Source of the DNA: Octopus bimaculoides | Taxonomy: Eukaryota | Direction: 5' to 3' | Length of the DNA: 63,942 nucleotides | Assembly (NCBI RefSeq): GCF_001194135.2 | Contig: NC_069001.1 | Span: 36,616,023-36,679,964, forward strand | In this document: positions 1 through 12,121 of the stretch, piece by piece | How the letters are laid out: every line of letters starts with the position of its first letter | How positions within the stretch are numbered: the stretch's first letter is position 1 | Translations under genes and position numbers: made by a program | The notes under the pieces: model-generated | Seen by the model: the letters and a program-made list of their open reading frames with translations, nothing else | Database searches by the model: none | Told to the model about the DNA's origin: nothing

Positions 1-56
<56 letters not shown>

Positions 57-380
57 CACACACACATACATATGTCAATGTCACTTAAATATAGATTATA
101 ATTGAAGGAGTACAACAGGAACATGTAAATTATTCATGCATACAGGGTGAAGCAAAAATCCCTCCCACATTTTACAGGTTGACAAATGTTTCAGCAGTAA
201 ACACATGATATACACTAGTCATTATCATGTCGCTAATTGAAACAGAATGGTAAACCATAAGCTACACGAAGACCTCATTATCATCTGCCTGCCTTCACTG
301 GCGCCACACCAATAACCATATAAAATGTGGGACGTTTTTCTGCCACACTACATTTGTGAATTCTTTTTATCTTTCATATG

Positions 381-686
381 TGTCAGTCAGTAGACTGTGG
401 CCATGCTGCAGCTCTGCCTTGAAGAATTTTATTTCAGTGAATCAACCCCAATCCTTTTTTTAAGCCTGGTTTTTATTCTATTGGTGGCTTTTGCTGAGCT
501 GCCAAATTACGGGGATGTAAACACACACACACAATGGGCTTCTTTCAGTTTCCAGCTACCAAATTCACTCACATGGCTTTGGTTGATCCGAAGCTATAGT
601 AGAAGACACTTGCCCAAAGTACCACGCAGTGGGACTGAACCCAGAACCATGTAGGTGGGAAGCAAGCTTCTTACACAACTATGCCT
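381..686 (-). mobile_element. SINE family A copy (tRNA-like head)
   Basis: Reverse complement of the recurrent unit ggctgtgtggtaagaagcttgcttcccaaccacatggttcc.ggttcagtcccactg...cagcatggcc.cagtc. Confidence 0.75.
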
Positions 687-799
687 GCCCCTATTACTCT
701 AACATTTTTAGTAAAATTGAAGCCAAAGCTGACAATTTTGAGACAAGGAGCAATTGAGCAATAGTTATTGATTGATCAGGTATTGGCAATTGATTATCA

Positions 800-940
800 A
801 TACCTGATTGATTTACAGCCGGGTAGACTGGAGCAATGTGAAATAAAGTGTTTTTGCTCAAGAACACAACACATACTGCCAAGTCCAGGAATTGAAACCA
901 CAATCGTAAAACACCTTAACTTCAAAGCCATCCATCTTCA
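800..940 (-). mobile_element. SINE family F copy (tRNA-like head); related copies at about 36270-36440 (-), 37070-37200 (+) and 57385-57485 (-)
   Basis: Shared core ggactggagcaa.gtgaaat.aagtgt.ttgctcaag.acacaa...ccaggaattgaaaccacaatc. Confidence 0.65.
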
Positions 941-1212
941 TGAAACCAATAGCAACAACAGCATCAAAAAAACATGCCATTTTCTTCACAAAATGTCAAA
1001 TAGATAATTAAATAAAAATTAATCATTAAAGTATTTAATTTCTTGCAAATGTTTCTGTAATTAGTGTTGACCTAATTAATTGAGTCACTCCAAGACAGCT
1101 ATAAAACTGTGCACCCTTGAAATGCGACCCATATAAGAATTTCCTTAGAACTCTTCTAGAAACATCCTGTTTTAATGGTAAATATGATACAATATTTAGT
1201 TTCTTAAAAAAC

Positions 1213-1256
<44 letters not shown>

Positions 1257-1344
1257 CAATGATGTTAGTTTTTAACTCGTTAACCTTAAATTGCTTCAGT
1301 TACAAAGGAAACCAAAATGTTTATTGTAGAATAATCTTTGATCT

Positions 1345-1605
1345 TTTATCTCTTACTCGTTTCATTCATTTGACTGGCCATGCTGGGGCACTGCCTTGAA
1401 GAATTTTTAGTCGAATGAATCGACCCCAGGACTTATTCTACCGGTCTCTTTTGCTGAACCCCTAAGTTACAGGGATGTAAACACACCAACACCAGCTGTC
1501 AAGCAGTGGTGGGGGACAGACACAAATACACACACACGAAGGGCTTCTTTCAGTTTCCATCTACCAAATCTACTCAGCAGGCTTTGGTCGGCCCGAGGCT
1601 GTAGT
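1345..1605 (-). mobile_element. SINE family A copy, truncated
   Basis: Matches the 3' half and middle of family A. Confidence 0.7.
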
Positions 1606-2149
1606 ATAATTATGCAGCTCAGCAAAAAGAGAAATACAGCATAAGTACCAGATTTTTTTTTTAAATTAGTAGTGGGGGTCAAGCCATTCAACTAAAATTG
1701 TACAGGTTGTACCCCAGCATGGCCACAATCTAATGAGTAAAACAAGTAAAAGATAAGACACACACACATACACACATAAACTTAGGGAATGTTTACCTGT
1801 CATAGATTTTATGTTGTTACCTTATCCCAGAGAGATTGTACATAATTCCGCCCTTAACCCTTCCAAGCATTCTCACAAGAGTTTGTCTTGGTTCCAGCTT
1901 CATGGTATCTAGTGAAGGAAAAGATATATCTCATTTTGGATAAGATGTGTCAGTCTGTGAGATGTAATGTTCCCAAGAGGGTCTTGGTTCTTACTTATCC
2001 CCCTACAGCTAGAGGAACTGAAGCATTGAGAACTGGGTATTTCTACGTACCTGCCATAAGCTATGATTATCATGTTGTCCTCTGGGAATTCTGCAAAATT
2101 CTGTGATTCTCAGTATGGAATTTAATCCAGAATTGAAACTCCTTTTTCG

Positions 2150-2735
2150 TGTTTAAAAATATCCTTTAGATCACTGGACTAGCCTCAACTAACATAGATG
2201 GTTTGGTTCATAAGCCTTCAGAGACTGCCCTTGGATCTACGATGCAAACTTTTGGTTTTAACATGATCTAAATCAAATGTTTCCATCAAAATTTCATTTT
2301 ATGTCCTAAACACCAACTTAATTAGGACAAAGTTATTTGAGAAAATTCTTCATCATTTTCAAAATTAATTAAAACAAAGACAGCATATTTTAACAGAAAT
2401 GTGGTACCAAAAGGTTTAAGTGGAAATTGTAAAGTGGTTTCTTCTCTGCCTTTTACAGAATGGCAAACATTTAAACCAAAGTTCTGGTTCCCTGCCTACC
2501 AGCTTAAGGTTTCTTAATTCTTTTGAATCCAAACTGCCTGGTTCTAAGATACAAGCTTTCTCTTTTAAAGTGATCTGAGTTAAAAGTTTCCATCAAAATT
2601 TCCTGTTAATTTATGTTCCAAATGCCAGATTAGTAATAACAAAAGCATTTTACTAAATTCTTCGAAATTTTCAAAATTAATTGAATGAAAGACGGTGTAT
2701 TTCAATAGGAAAACGGTAACAGAAGATTTATCGTT
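2150..2735 (+). mobile_element. Composite of MITE D, a 70-bp module X and a second MITE D
   Basis: Two decayed copies of the MITE D body flank ttctctgccttttacagaatggcaaacatttaaacc...ctggttccctgcctacc. Confidence 0.65.
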
Positions 2736-3499
2736 ATCTTGGTTAACCAAAAATCAGATGATGAAAATAAGGAAAGAAAGAAAATTATAGTATTTATCAG
2801 CTAAAATAGGGGCCTCAAATACCAGTGATGTGTGAGGGTCTTACTTTTTTTAACTCTAAGTGTAGAACTTTAGTAACACAAAATCTTAATCCTTATCAAC
2901 ATTACTTAAACATCTGTTTTCATGAAGGATGGTATCATTTAGACATATCATCATCAGCATCATTACCGTCATCGTTGTGGCCTTTCCATTTCATTCTGTT
3001 CGTAATTAAATTCTGTGTTTAAACCCCGCAAACCCCTGAGGTCTGTCTGCCTCTATTCTACCTTCCTTCATTTCCAGCTGTCGCAAGTTTTTAGACATAT
3101 GCTTACCACAAAACCCCCCTTTTATCTGTTCAGGCAACCTTTCCCACCTGAGCCATCTTTATTGCAGACAACAACAACAACACTTGATGCCCCCTTCATT
3201 TCTAAATCTCCCCTTTATATATCCCCCTCCCCCCACGCCAGCTCTTGTTCACCTTATACTTTAGGCCTACTTCCTCTCTCCCCCTTTTTGCAAATTGTGT
3301 ATTTTTCACATTTCCCTTCCACTCAAACACTTCCATCCTCTCTATCGCTGACTCTCTGGCAGTTTTGTTGCCTAAATATTTGAACTCAAATGAAATTTTG
3401 TTTCATGTCCACATCCAACACTTGCTTTGCTTTCAAATTTTGGGATTTTAGGTAGAAAGATTTTGAATATTTTCCCATTTCTTTTATTTTTTACTTGTC

Positions 3500-3752
3500 T
3501 TAATCAGTGGACTCTGACCATACTGGAGTACTGCCTTCAAGGGAAGGGTCTTAACTAAACAGATCAATCCCAGTACCTTTGTTTTTTTACTTTAAGCTTA
3601 TTTTGTCACTTACTTTTGCTGAGCCGCTAAGTTACAGGAATGTAAATAAACCAATGCCAGTTGTTAAGTAGTTGTGGGCAACAAAAGACAAAGACTCACA
3701 CACTTTTACATACATACCCACACATTTGTATACACACACACACATATGTATG

Positions 3753-3802
<50 letters not shown>

Positions 3803-3970
3803 CATACATATAAAGAGCTGTCACATAGTTTCCATGTACCAAATTCTCTCAGAAAGCATTGATCAGTCTGGGTTCTGTAGAGGAAGATACCTGTCCCAAG
3901 TGTCACACAATGGGACGGAACCCGAAACCACATGGTTGGGAAGCAAGCTTCTTAATCTCACAGCTATTCC
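3500..3970 (-). mobile_element. SINE family A copy with expanded central (TA)/(CA) tract
   Basis: 3' half at about 3500-3680, microsatellite at 3700-3810, 5' half at about 3815-3970. Confidence 0.65.
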
Positions 3971-4593
3971 TACACAACTTATTTGCTTCCATTTTTGTAC
4001 TTACCACGTCTGGAAGAAGGGTGACGCTTTTTATTCATTACATTAATTAATTAATTATCCTAATTATTCTGGATTAGAGCTTTCTTTTTGTCTTTCTTTC
4101 TTTCAAGGTCCATATTCTTGGCTTTGCAAACAATTAGTTAATGATTAACTGTTAATCCTGTATTCTTCCTAAATTACTTTGATTTGATGACTTGTAACGT
4201 TTACGGTGCCCCAGCATGACCACAGCTGCATGGCTAAAACAAATAAAAAATGAAAGAATACACTGTCACCGTATTCCATGGAATGCAGACTCTTTTATTT
4301 TGGGAATGTATTTGCCAGTTAGTCATTGAAAATTACACAGACTCATAGCTTCATTTAAGCATTCATTATTTGGGGTCTCAGTTGCAGTGGAATCATATCA
4401 GAGACCAGGTTCCAGAAAATGTGTTGAAAATTTTGACATCCAATAATAGATTTTAGGTGAAGTTAAGTCCTTGTTGGTTTTGAAATGGTTAATGTGTGAC
4501 ATCCACACTGCAATAAGTTTTATATATAAAACTTAGATATGTTTCGACCAAAGATTGGTCCAGACCATGTCTAACTTTATATATATATATATT

Positions 4594-4697
4594 GGAGCCT
4601 GGTGTTGCCATCCGGTTTCGCCAGTCCTCAGTCAAATCGTCCAACCCATGCTAGCATGGAAAGCGGACGTTAAACGATGATGATGATGATGATGATG

Positions 4698-4700
<3 letters not shown>
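4594..4700 (+). mobile_element. Family C retroposon 3' end with (GAT)n tail
   Basis: ggagcctggtgttgccatccggttt...ccaacccatgctagcatggaaagcggacgttaaacgatgatgat, near identical to 43610-43690 and 45220-45305. Confidence 0.7.
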
Positions 4701-4731
<31 letters not shown>

Positions 4732-7700
4732 GTATGTATATGTATAATTATAACAAGGGCTCAGAAACAATGTGTTTGTGACTTCTTTGAGTGGTGAGGC
4801 AATTTAGTGGCTTTTTCTTGGCATATGGCTAGAAAATTTATTTCTAAGCCCTTATAATTATACATATAATTTTCACTTTAATCAGCTTCATTTTATATGC
4901 TAGCCACTGATAATTTTTTTTTTTTAAGTCTTATTCATATGTATAGGCGTATTGAAAATTTAAAGAAAATAAATATAACATGCAATGCTATGTTCTATTG
5001 AAATAATAATAATGATAATGGTCTCGTATTTTGGCCGAAGGCCAGCAGTTTTGGGGAGCCTCTAAGTCAATTCCATTGACCTGAGTGTTTAGCCGGGACT
5101 TATTTTATCGACCCTGAATGGATGAAAAGCAGTTTCAGCAGTGGTCGATTTTGGTTTTAATTCCACAGATGTCGGAGTTGGTATGAGTTTCCAAACCCTT
5201 TCAACACACAACAAAGAAAAAAACAAAAGCGCTTGCATAATTTTTTAAAAAAAAACTTTAATTTATAAACATGAATAAATTAAACAAATTATTAACAAGG
5301 GAAATAACTCTTTATAACTCTACAGCTGAACGGTTATCTTTTCTTGTATTTTCTTCTGGGAAGTGTTTCAAGCTGTTGAATCACGTTGCTTTATNNNNNN
5401 NNNNNNNNNNNNNNNNNNNNNNNNNNNNNNNNNNNNNNNNNNNNNNNNNNNNNNNNNNNNNNNNNNNNNNNNNNNNNNNNNNNNNNNNNNNNNNNNNNNN
5501 NNNNNNACAAAAAAAAAAAAAATTTTTTAAATAAATAATGAAATAAAATTTTAAAAACTTGGTCTGACTGAATTTGGTCATATCACGCATTTTGGAATTA
5601 ATTTATCATCTTCTTTGATATGCGGAACAAAATAGTTTCCAAACCATCCCTCTCACCTCACCACAATTCTTTGATAAATTCTTAAATTCGGAAAACAGAA
5701 GCAGCCAAGTATTCGATTATCACTAAATTTTTGGCTTGTTGAATTTGTAGCTATGTAACAAATTCTGGATGCATTTTCACTCTCTTTAATGTGAAGAACC
5801 ATTTAGCTCCTCTGCAACGAGAACCTGCTCTGCTTCACCCACTTCTCCCATTCCTTGGCCCTTATCTGCTAGCATTTAGCCATCACCCTTTTCTCAGTTT
5901 TCATAATCTAGCAAGCTCCATGGCAACCTTACTAGTACAGAAAAGCTCTCAGTACACACTGTAAAGTGGTTGGCTTCGGGAAGGGCATCCAACCATAGAA
6001 ACCATGCCAAAGCAGACATTGAAGCATGCTGCAGTTCTTCAACTTATCAGGTCCTTGCCAAACTGTCCAACCTATGCAAGTGGAACTTGGATATTAAATG
6101 ATGATGATGGTGATGGTGATGGTGATGGTGATGGTGATGGTGGTGGTGGTGGTGGTGGTGGAAAGAAAGAATAATAGAATCTAAGGTTGTTTGGGAGTTG
6201 GATTGCATTTTAAGGGCCATCCTTTAAGGGCCAGTCAGTAAAGGGGTCGATGTCATCTTTTATGTTTGNNNNNNNNNNNNNNNNNNNNNNNNNNNNNNNN
6301 NNNNNNNNNNNNNNNNNNNNNNNNNNNNNNNNNNNNNNNNNNNNNNNNNNNNNNNNNNNNNNNNNNNNNNNNNNNNNNNNNNNNNNNNNNNNNNNNNNNN
6401 NNNNNNNNNNNNNNNNNNNNNNNNNNNNNNNNNNNNNNNNNNNNNNNNNNNNNNNNNNNNNNNNNNNNNNNNNNNNNNNNNNNNNNNNNNNNNNNNNNNN
6501 NNNNNNNNNNNNNNNNNNNNNNNNNNNNNNNNNNNNNNNNNNNNNNNNNNNNNNNNNNNNNNNNNNNNNNNNNNNNNNNNNNNNNNNNNNNNNNNNNNNN
6601 NNNNNNNNNNNNNNNNNNNNNNNNNNNNNNNNNNNNNNNNNNNNNNNNNNNNNNNNNNNNNNNNNNNNNNNNNNNNNNNNNNNNNNNNNNNNNNNNNNNN
6701 NNNNNNNNNNNNNNNNNNNNNNNNNNNNNNNNNNNNNNNNNNNNNNNNNNNNNNNNNNNNNNNNNNNNNNNNNNNNNNNNNNNNNNNNNNNNNNNNNNNN
6801 NNNNNNNNNNNNNNNNNNNNNNNNNNNNNNNNNNNNNNNNNNNNNNNNNNNNNNNNNNNNNNNNNNNNNNNNNNNNNNNNNNNNNNNNNNNNNNNNNNNN
6901 NNNNNNNNNNNNNNNNNNNNNNNNNNNNNNNNNNNNNNNNNNNNNNNNNNNNNNNNNNNNNNNNNNNNNNNNNNNNNNNNNNNNNNNNNNNNTCTCTCTC
7001 TCTCTCTCGTTCTCTCTGTCTCTGCTTAGCCACAGGTCAACCCTAACAGAGTAAGATTAATAACTAACTGAAGTTGTTCCAGTCATGACCACCTCATCTT
7101 TCCATACATCTAACACTACAGTAGCCAATATATCCTTCCTTCCTTTCTTTCTTTCTTTCTTTCTTTCTTCCTAATATATTTTCAAGATAGGAGAGTGTAA
7201 CACAAGCAAGATTTGGCTGCTATTTCTTCTCCCTAACAAGTCATAGCGACCACACAGAGCCCTTCCCTCCACCTTCGTTTATATCTTTGTCTCGTTAATG
7301 GCACTGGTCAAAAAAACATTAACCTAGTAATGATTGTCTTTTTTAATCAATCAACCTATTGTAAGCATAATTAGTTGTCACCGATGTTGGAATAATTAAG
7401 CTGATAATTAAAATTTCGCTAATTTTATCAGATAAATAAAAGAAACTTTGTGTGGGGGTAGAGGGAAATTTATTGGCTTTTAATTAATTTATTATCTAAT
7501 ATTTATTTAATATCTTTAATTCCTTATCTAATATATTCTGCCAACAACAGGGATAATTAATTTTTTTCAAAATTATCAAGTCTAGTCTAGTTAACAAAGA
7601 AGAAACAGATTTTTTTAAGATAAAAATAAACGACATTTAATGGGTTATTCATGCCTTTTTGTCTTTGCTTTTTTTGTGTTTTTTTTTTGGTGGGGTCGGA

Positions 7701-8007
7701 TGTGGAGGGAAGGTGGGGTTAAGGGGCTGCGATGGAGGGTCGGAGATTACTGGGACTTTTTTTTTTTTATCAACTTTAGTAGTTATTAAAGGCAACATCT
7801 GACCCCACTAACAATACAAGAACAGACAAAATTAGTTGATGGTGGTGGCGGTGGTCACAAAGGCACCAGGACTAGAAATTAGGTGGAGCGTCAGTGAATT
7901 CAACTCCCCCCATACATCATTTTTATCAATCTCTGAAGGACGAAAGGCAAAGTCGATTCAGCAGGATATAATCCCAGAACTAATAATAATAGTAATAATA
8001 ATAATGA

Positions 8008-8217
8008 TTTCAAATTTTGCCACAGGGGCATCAGTTTTGGGGAAGGGGTGAAGTCGATTACATCGACCCCAGTGTACAACTGGTACTTACTTTATCAAAC
8101 CTGAAAGGATGAAAGGCAAAGTCAACCTCGGCAGAATTTGAACTCAGAAAGTAGCAACAGGCGAAATACCACTAAGCATCTCGTCCAGCACACTCATGAT
8201 TCTGCCAGTTCACCACC

Positions 8218-8251
<34 letters not shown>

Positions 8252-8451
8252 TAATCCTCTCTACTATAGGCATAAGACTTATAGGAGGAAGGTGGGGGGG
8301 GCTAATCAATTACATTGACCGCAGTGTGTAACTGGTACTTATTTCGTCAACCCCAAAAAGATGAAAAGCAGAATTGAACTCAGAACGTGAAGAGACAAAA
8401 TACTGCTAAGCATTTTGCCTGGCATGCTAACAAGTCTGACAGCTTGCCACC

Positions 8452-8502
<51 letters not shown>

Positions 8503-8725
8503 GTAGTAATCTGTTCTACTAAAGGCACAGGGCCTGCAAATTTTGGGAGAAGGGACCAGTCTATTACATTGATCCCAGTGTTCAACTGGTACTTAATTTA
8601 TCAGCCCTGAAAGGATGAAAGGCAAAGTCGACCTCGGCAGAGTTTGAACTCAGAATGTAAGGACAGACGAAATGCTGCAAAGCATTTTGCCCAGCATTCT
8701 AACAATTCTGCCAGTTCACCACCTC
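8008..8725 (-). mobile_element. Three tandem SINE family B copies separated by (TAA)n (about 8008-8219, 8255-8454, 8511-8725)
   Basis: Each has actggtactta.tt.atc.acc..gaaaggatgaaaggcaaagtc.acctcggcaga.tttgaactcagaa...gattctgccag.tcaccacctt followed by (aat)n. Confidence 0.8.
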
Positions 8726-8757
<32 letters not shown>

Positions 8758-10969
8758 TGATGATGATGATAGTAATAATAATAATAATTACTGTTATTAT
8801 TATTTATTAGTTGGAACAGAGATGGGTGAGGGGCCCATTTTGTAGTTATTCACATTTAAGCAAATATTTATTTACAATTCTGCTTAATTTTTGTGAAATG
8901 GAATGGTGAGTTGTGGCTGCTACTGTTGAAATAAGAGTCAGCCTTCTTCTTCTACCACTGTACCTGGCAAGACAGCTGCTAGGAAGATTTATAAGCACTA
9001 TCTAAACATCATCCACTCCCTCCATCTCTTTCTGTCTGATACTTCTCTCTCTCTCTCTTTCTCTTCCTCTCTACAACCCTTCTTTCTCTTACTCTCTCTC
9101 CTTCCCTCCCTCTGTCTGTCTTATACACCCTTTCTCTCTCTCTCATTTATCATCCCCTTAAGCCCCTTATCTTCCTCTATAGCCTGTCTTTCTCTTTTCC
9201 TCCCTCTCTGTCTGTGCCTCTCCCTTTATATTACACTGTTGCCCTTTCTCTTCTCTTTCTCTATAGCACTTCTTTCTTTCTTTCTCTTTTTTCTCTCTCA
9301 CGCTCTCTGTCTCTCAATCTCAAGTTTTTCCCCCACACTTTTTACTATAACGAAAAAAAAAAGGAAAAAGAAAGAAAAAACTTGGTGGAAGTTTGTGTAG
9401 GACAAACCAACCAACAGGAATTGCAGACAAGTCAGGGGGAAGAAAAGTTCTTCTTTAAAACATTTGCTGTGAGACTAAACAAATAGAAAATAGAGAGTAA
9501 AAGAGTGACAGAGATAAATATATACAGGGAAAGAAGAAGAAGAAGAAGAAGAAGAAGAAGCAAGCAGATTAGGTTACTTCCAGAGTGACACTGGCAAAGC
9601 ACTGGCATTATTATTGGCAGCATTGAGAAACATGGAACCAAATACTTGAAAAGAGACCCAGAGAGTCCCTTTCACACTTCCACTGGCATTTGGAACCAAT
9701 GTTTTCCTTTTATTAGAAGAAATTCTTGGAGGGTTTTTTTGGTCTTTTTTTTTTTTCTAAGTTACCTTTAGAGAAGTTTTTTTTTAGTTTGTTTGTTATT
9801 TTGGTAACTGTTAAAGAACTGCTTTGCCTCTCTCTATTAGTGAGTAGTAGTCAAAAATGGATATAGTTGTGACTATTCCTTGGATATATACACAACAAGG
9901 TAAATAAGAATTTGAAACAACCTGCATATCATAATTATAATACTTTATATATATTTATATTCTGAATAATTTCATCTATCTTTCTGTCTTTTTATCTCTC
10001 TCTCTCTCTCTCTCTATTTATCTATCTATCTATCTACCTATCTGTCTATCTATATACATATATATGTGTGTGTCTGTCTCTCTGTCAATCTGTTTGTCTA
10101 TATATCCATNNNNNNNNNNNNNNNNNNNNNNNNNNNNNNNNNNNNNNNNNNNNNNNNNNNNNNNNNNNNNNNNNNNNNNNNNNNNNNNNNNNNNNNNNNN
10201 NNNNNNNNNNNNNNNNNNNNNNNNNNNNNNNNNNNNNNNNNNNNNNNNNNNNNNNNNNNNNNNNNNNNNNNNNNNNNNNNNNNNNNNNNNNNNNNNNNNN
10301 NNNNNNNNNNNNNNNNNNNNNNNNNNNNNNNNNNNNNNNNNNNNNNNNNNNNNNNNNNNNNNNNNNNNNNNNNNNNNNNNNNNNNNNNNNNNNNNNNNNN
10401 NNNNNNNNNNNNNNNNNNNNNNNNNNNNNNNNNNNNNNNNNNNNNNNNNNNNNNNNNNNNNNNNNNNNNNNNNNNNNNNNNNNNNNNNNNNNNNNNNNNN
10501 NNNNNNNNNNNNNNNNNNNNNNNNNNNNNNNNNNNNNNNNNNNNNNNNNNNNNNNNNNNNNNNNNNNNNNNNNNNNNNNNNNNNNNNNNNNNNNNNNNNN
10601 NNNNNNNNNNNNNNNNNNNNNNNNNNNNNNNNNNNNNNNNNNNNNNNNNNNNNNNNNNNNNNNNNNNNNNNNNNNNNNNNNNNNNNNNNNNNNNNNNNNN
10701 NNNNNNNNNNNNNNNNNNNNNNNNNNNNNNNNNNNNNNNNNNNNNNNNNNNNNNNNNNNNNNNNNNNNNNNNNNNNNNNNNNNNNNNNNNNNNNNNNNNN
10801 NNNNNNNNNNNNNNNNNNNNNNNNNNNNNNNNNNNNNNNNNNNNNNNNNNNNNNNNNNNNNNNNNNNNNNNNNNNNNNNNNNNNNNNNNNNNNNNNNNNN
10901 NNNNNNNNNNNNNNNNNNNNNNNNNNNNNNNNNNNNNNNNNNNNNNNNNNNNNNNNNNNNNNNNAAAGG

Positions 10970-11004
<35 letters not shown>

Positions 11005-11261
11005 TGTCTTTTTATCTCTCTCTCTCTCTCTCTCTATTTATCTATCTATCTATCTACCTATCTGTCTATCTATATACATATATATGTGTGTGTCTGTCTC
11101 TCTGTCAATCTGTTTGTCTATATATCCATCCATCTCTGTGTGTGTATGTGTATCTATGTATACATATCTCTATCTGTATATGTGTGCCCATGTCTGTATG
11201 TATGTATATGTATATATATTGTTTGTAAAAAGCATAAATCGGAAAGAAGAAGCATACTCTA

Positions 11262-11452
11262 TTAAAAATGGGGAAGGGGCCGGTTTATGGGATCACCTTA
11301 ATTTTCCCATCTATAAAGGGTTTAGCTTTATGGCATATCCCATCAGATCCCCAAAACTTGTTGGTCCATGACAGGTTTTTGGGATCTGATGATATGCCTT
11401 TATAGATGGGAAACCTAAGGTAGTCCCATAAACCGGCCTTCCCCATTTTTCA
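11262..11452. mobile_element. Fold-back (palindromic) MITE, probable TA target duplication
   Basis: The left arm 11264-11360 is the reverse complement of the right arm 11372-11450, with one indel of about 13 bp and a few substitutions. The loop is ttggtccatga. Confidence 0.8.
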
Positions 11453-11674
11453 TATATATGTGTGTGTGTGTGTGTGTGTGTATTTAGACTGGTCAGCATT
11501 TAGACTGGTCTGCTAACTATTCCACCAGCTCACTGCATCNNNNNNNNNNNNNNNNNNNNNNNNNNNNNNNNNNNNNNNNNNNNNNNNNNNNNNNNNNCAT
11601 TTTATTTTGTTTTTTGATATACTGTCTGGGGGTCGTGGTGTTAGCATTGATTCTCTTTTAGCCTCATTTCTTAA

Positions 11675-11711
<37 letters not shown>

Positions 11712-11713
<2 letters not shown>

Positions 11714-11890
11714 CCTTTCTACTAAAGGCACAAGGCCTGAAATTTGGTGGGAGGGGTACTTAATTTATCGACCCTGAAAGGATGAAAGACAAAGTCAACT
11801 TCGATGGAATCTGAACTTAGAATGTAGTGATGGGCAAAATACCTCTAAGCATTTCGTCCAGCATGCTAATGATTCTGCCAGCTTACCACT
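11712..11890 (-). mobile_element. SINE family B copy after (TAA)n
   Basis: Same core as the 8008-8725 copies. Confidence 0.7.
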
Positions 11891-12121
11891 TTGACCCTTT
11901 TGATACCAACCTGACTGAAACAACCTCTGGCTCTTAGGTACAAATGTCTTGTTTTCAAAAGTTCTGAATTAAAATCTTCCACCAAAACTTTAGTCACAAT
12001 TTATGTTCCTAACACTAGCTTAATGATGACAAAGTTACTTTACTAAATTCTTTGTTATATTTAAAATTAATTCAAAGAAACACAGACCATCTCAACAAGA
12101 ATATGGTAACAAAAGGGTTAA
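11891..12121 (+). mobile_element. MITE D, near full length, piggyBac-like ends (TTAA-CCCTTT ... AAAGGG-TTAA)
   Basis: Starts ttgacccttttgatacc and ends gtaacaaaagggttaa. TTAA target sites with CCC/GGG termini are established piggyBac features. Confidence 0.7.

Noticed and set aside
5580-5940. Complex sequence that might be a decayed coding fragment on the minus strand
   Set aside because: All frames have stops and I could not recognise any family motif with confidence
6100-6160. (GAT)n to (GGTGAT)n to (GGT)n gradient
   Set aside because: Ordinary slippage evolution of a retroposon tail
6250-7054. Long ORFs in the track spanning N runs (also 10064-11371, 17325-18283, 21146-22279, 28079-29245, 46310-47167, 50170-51195)
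   Set aside because: They are open only because N codons contain no stops, so they are artefacts
9985-11130. Identical stretch of about 125 bp on both sides of the 10110-10965 gap; similar 34-bp duplication at 36140-36173 and 36184-36217
   Set aside because: Most simply unmerged overlapping contig ends or haplotigs, not a biological duplication. Long reads would be needed to show otherwise.
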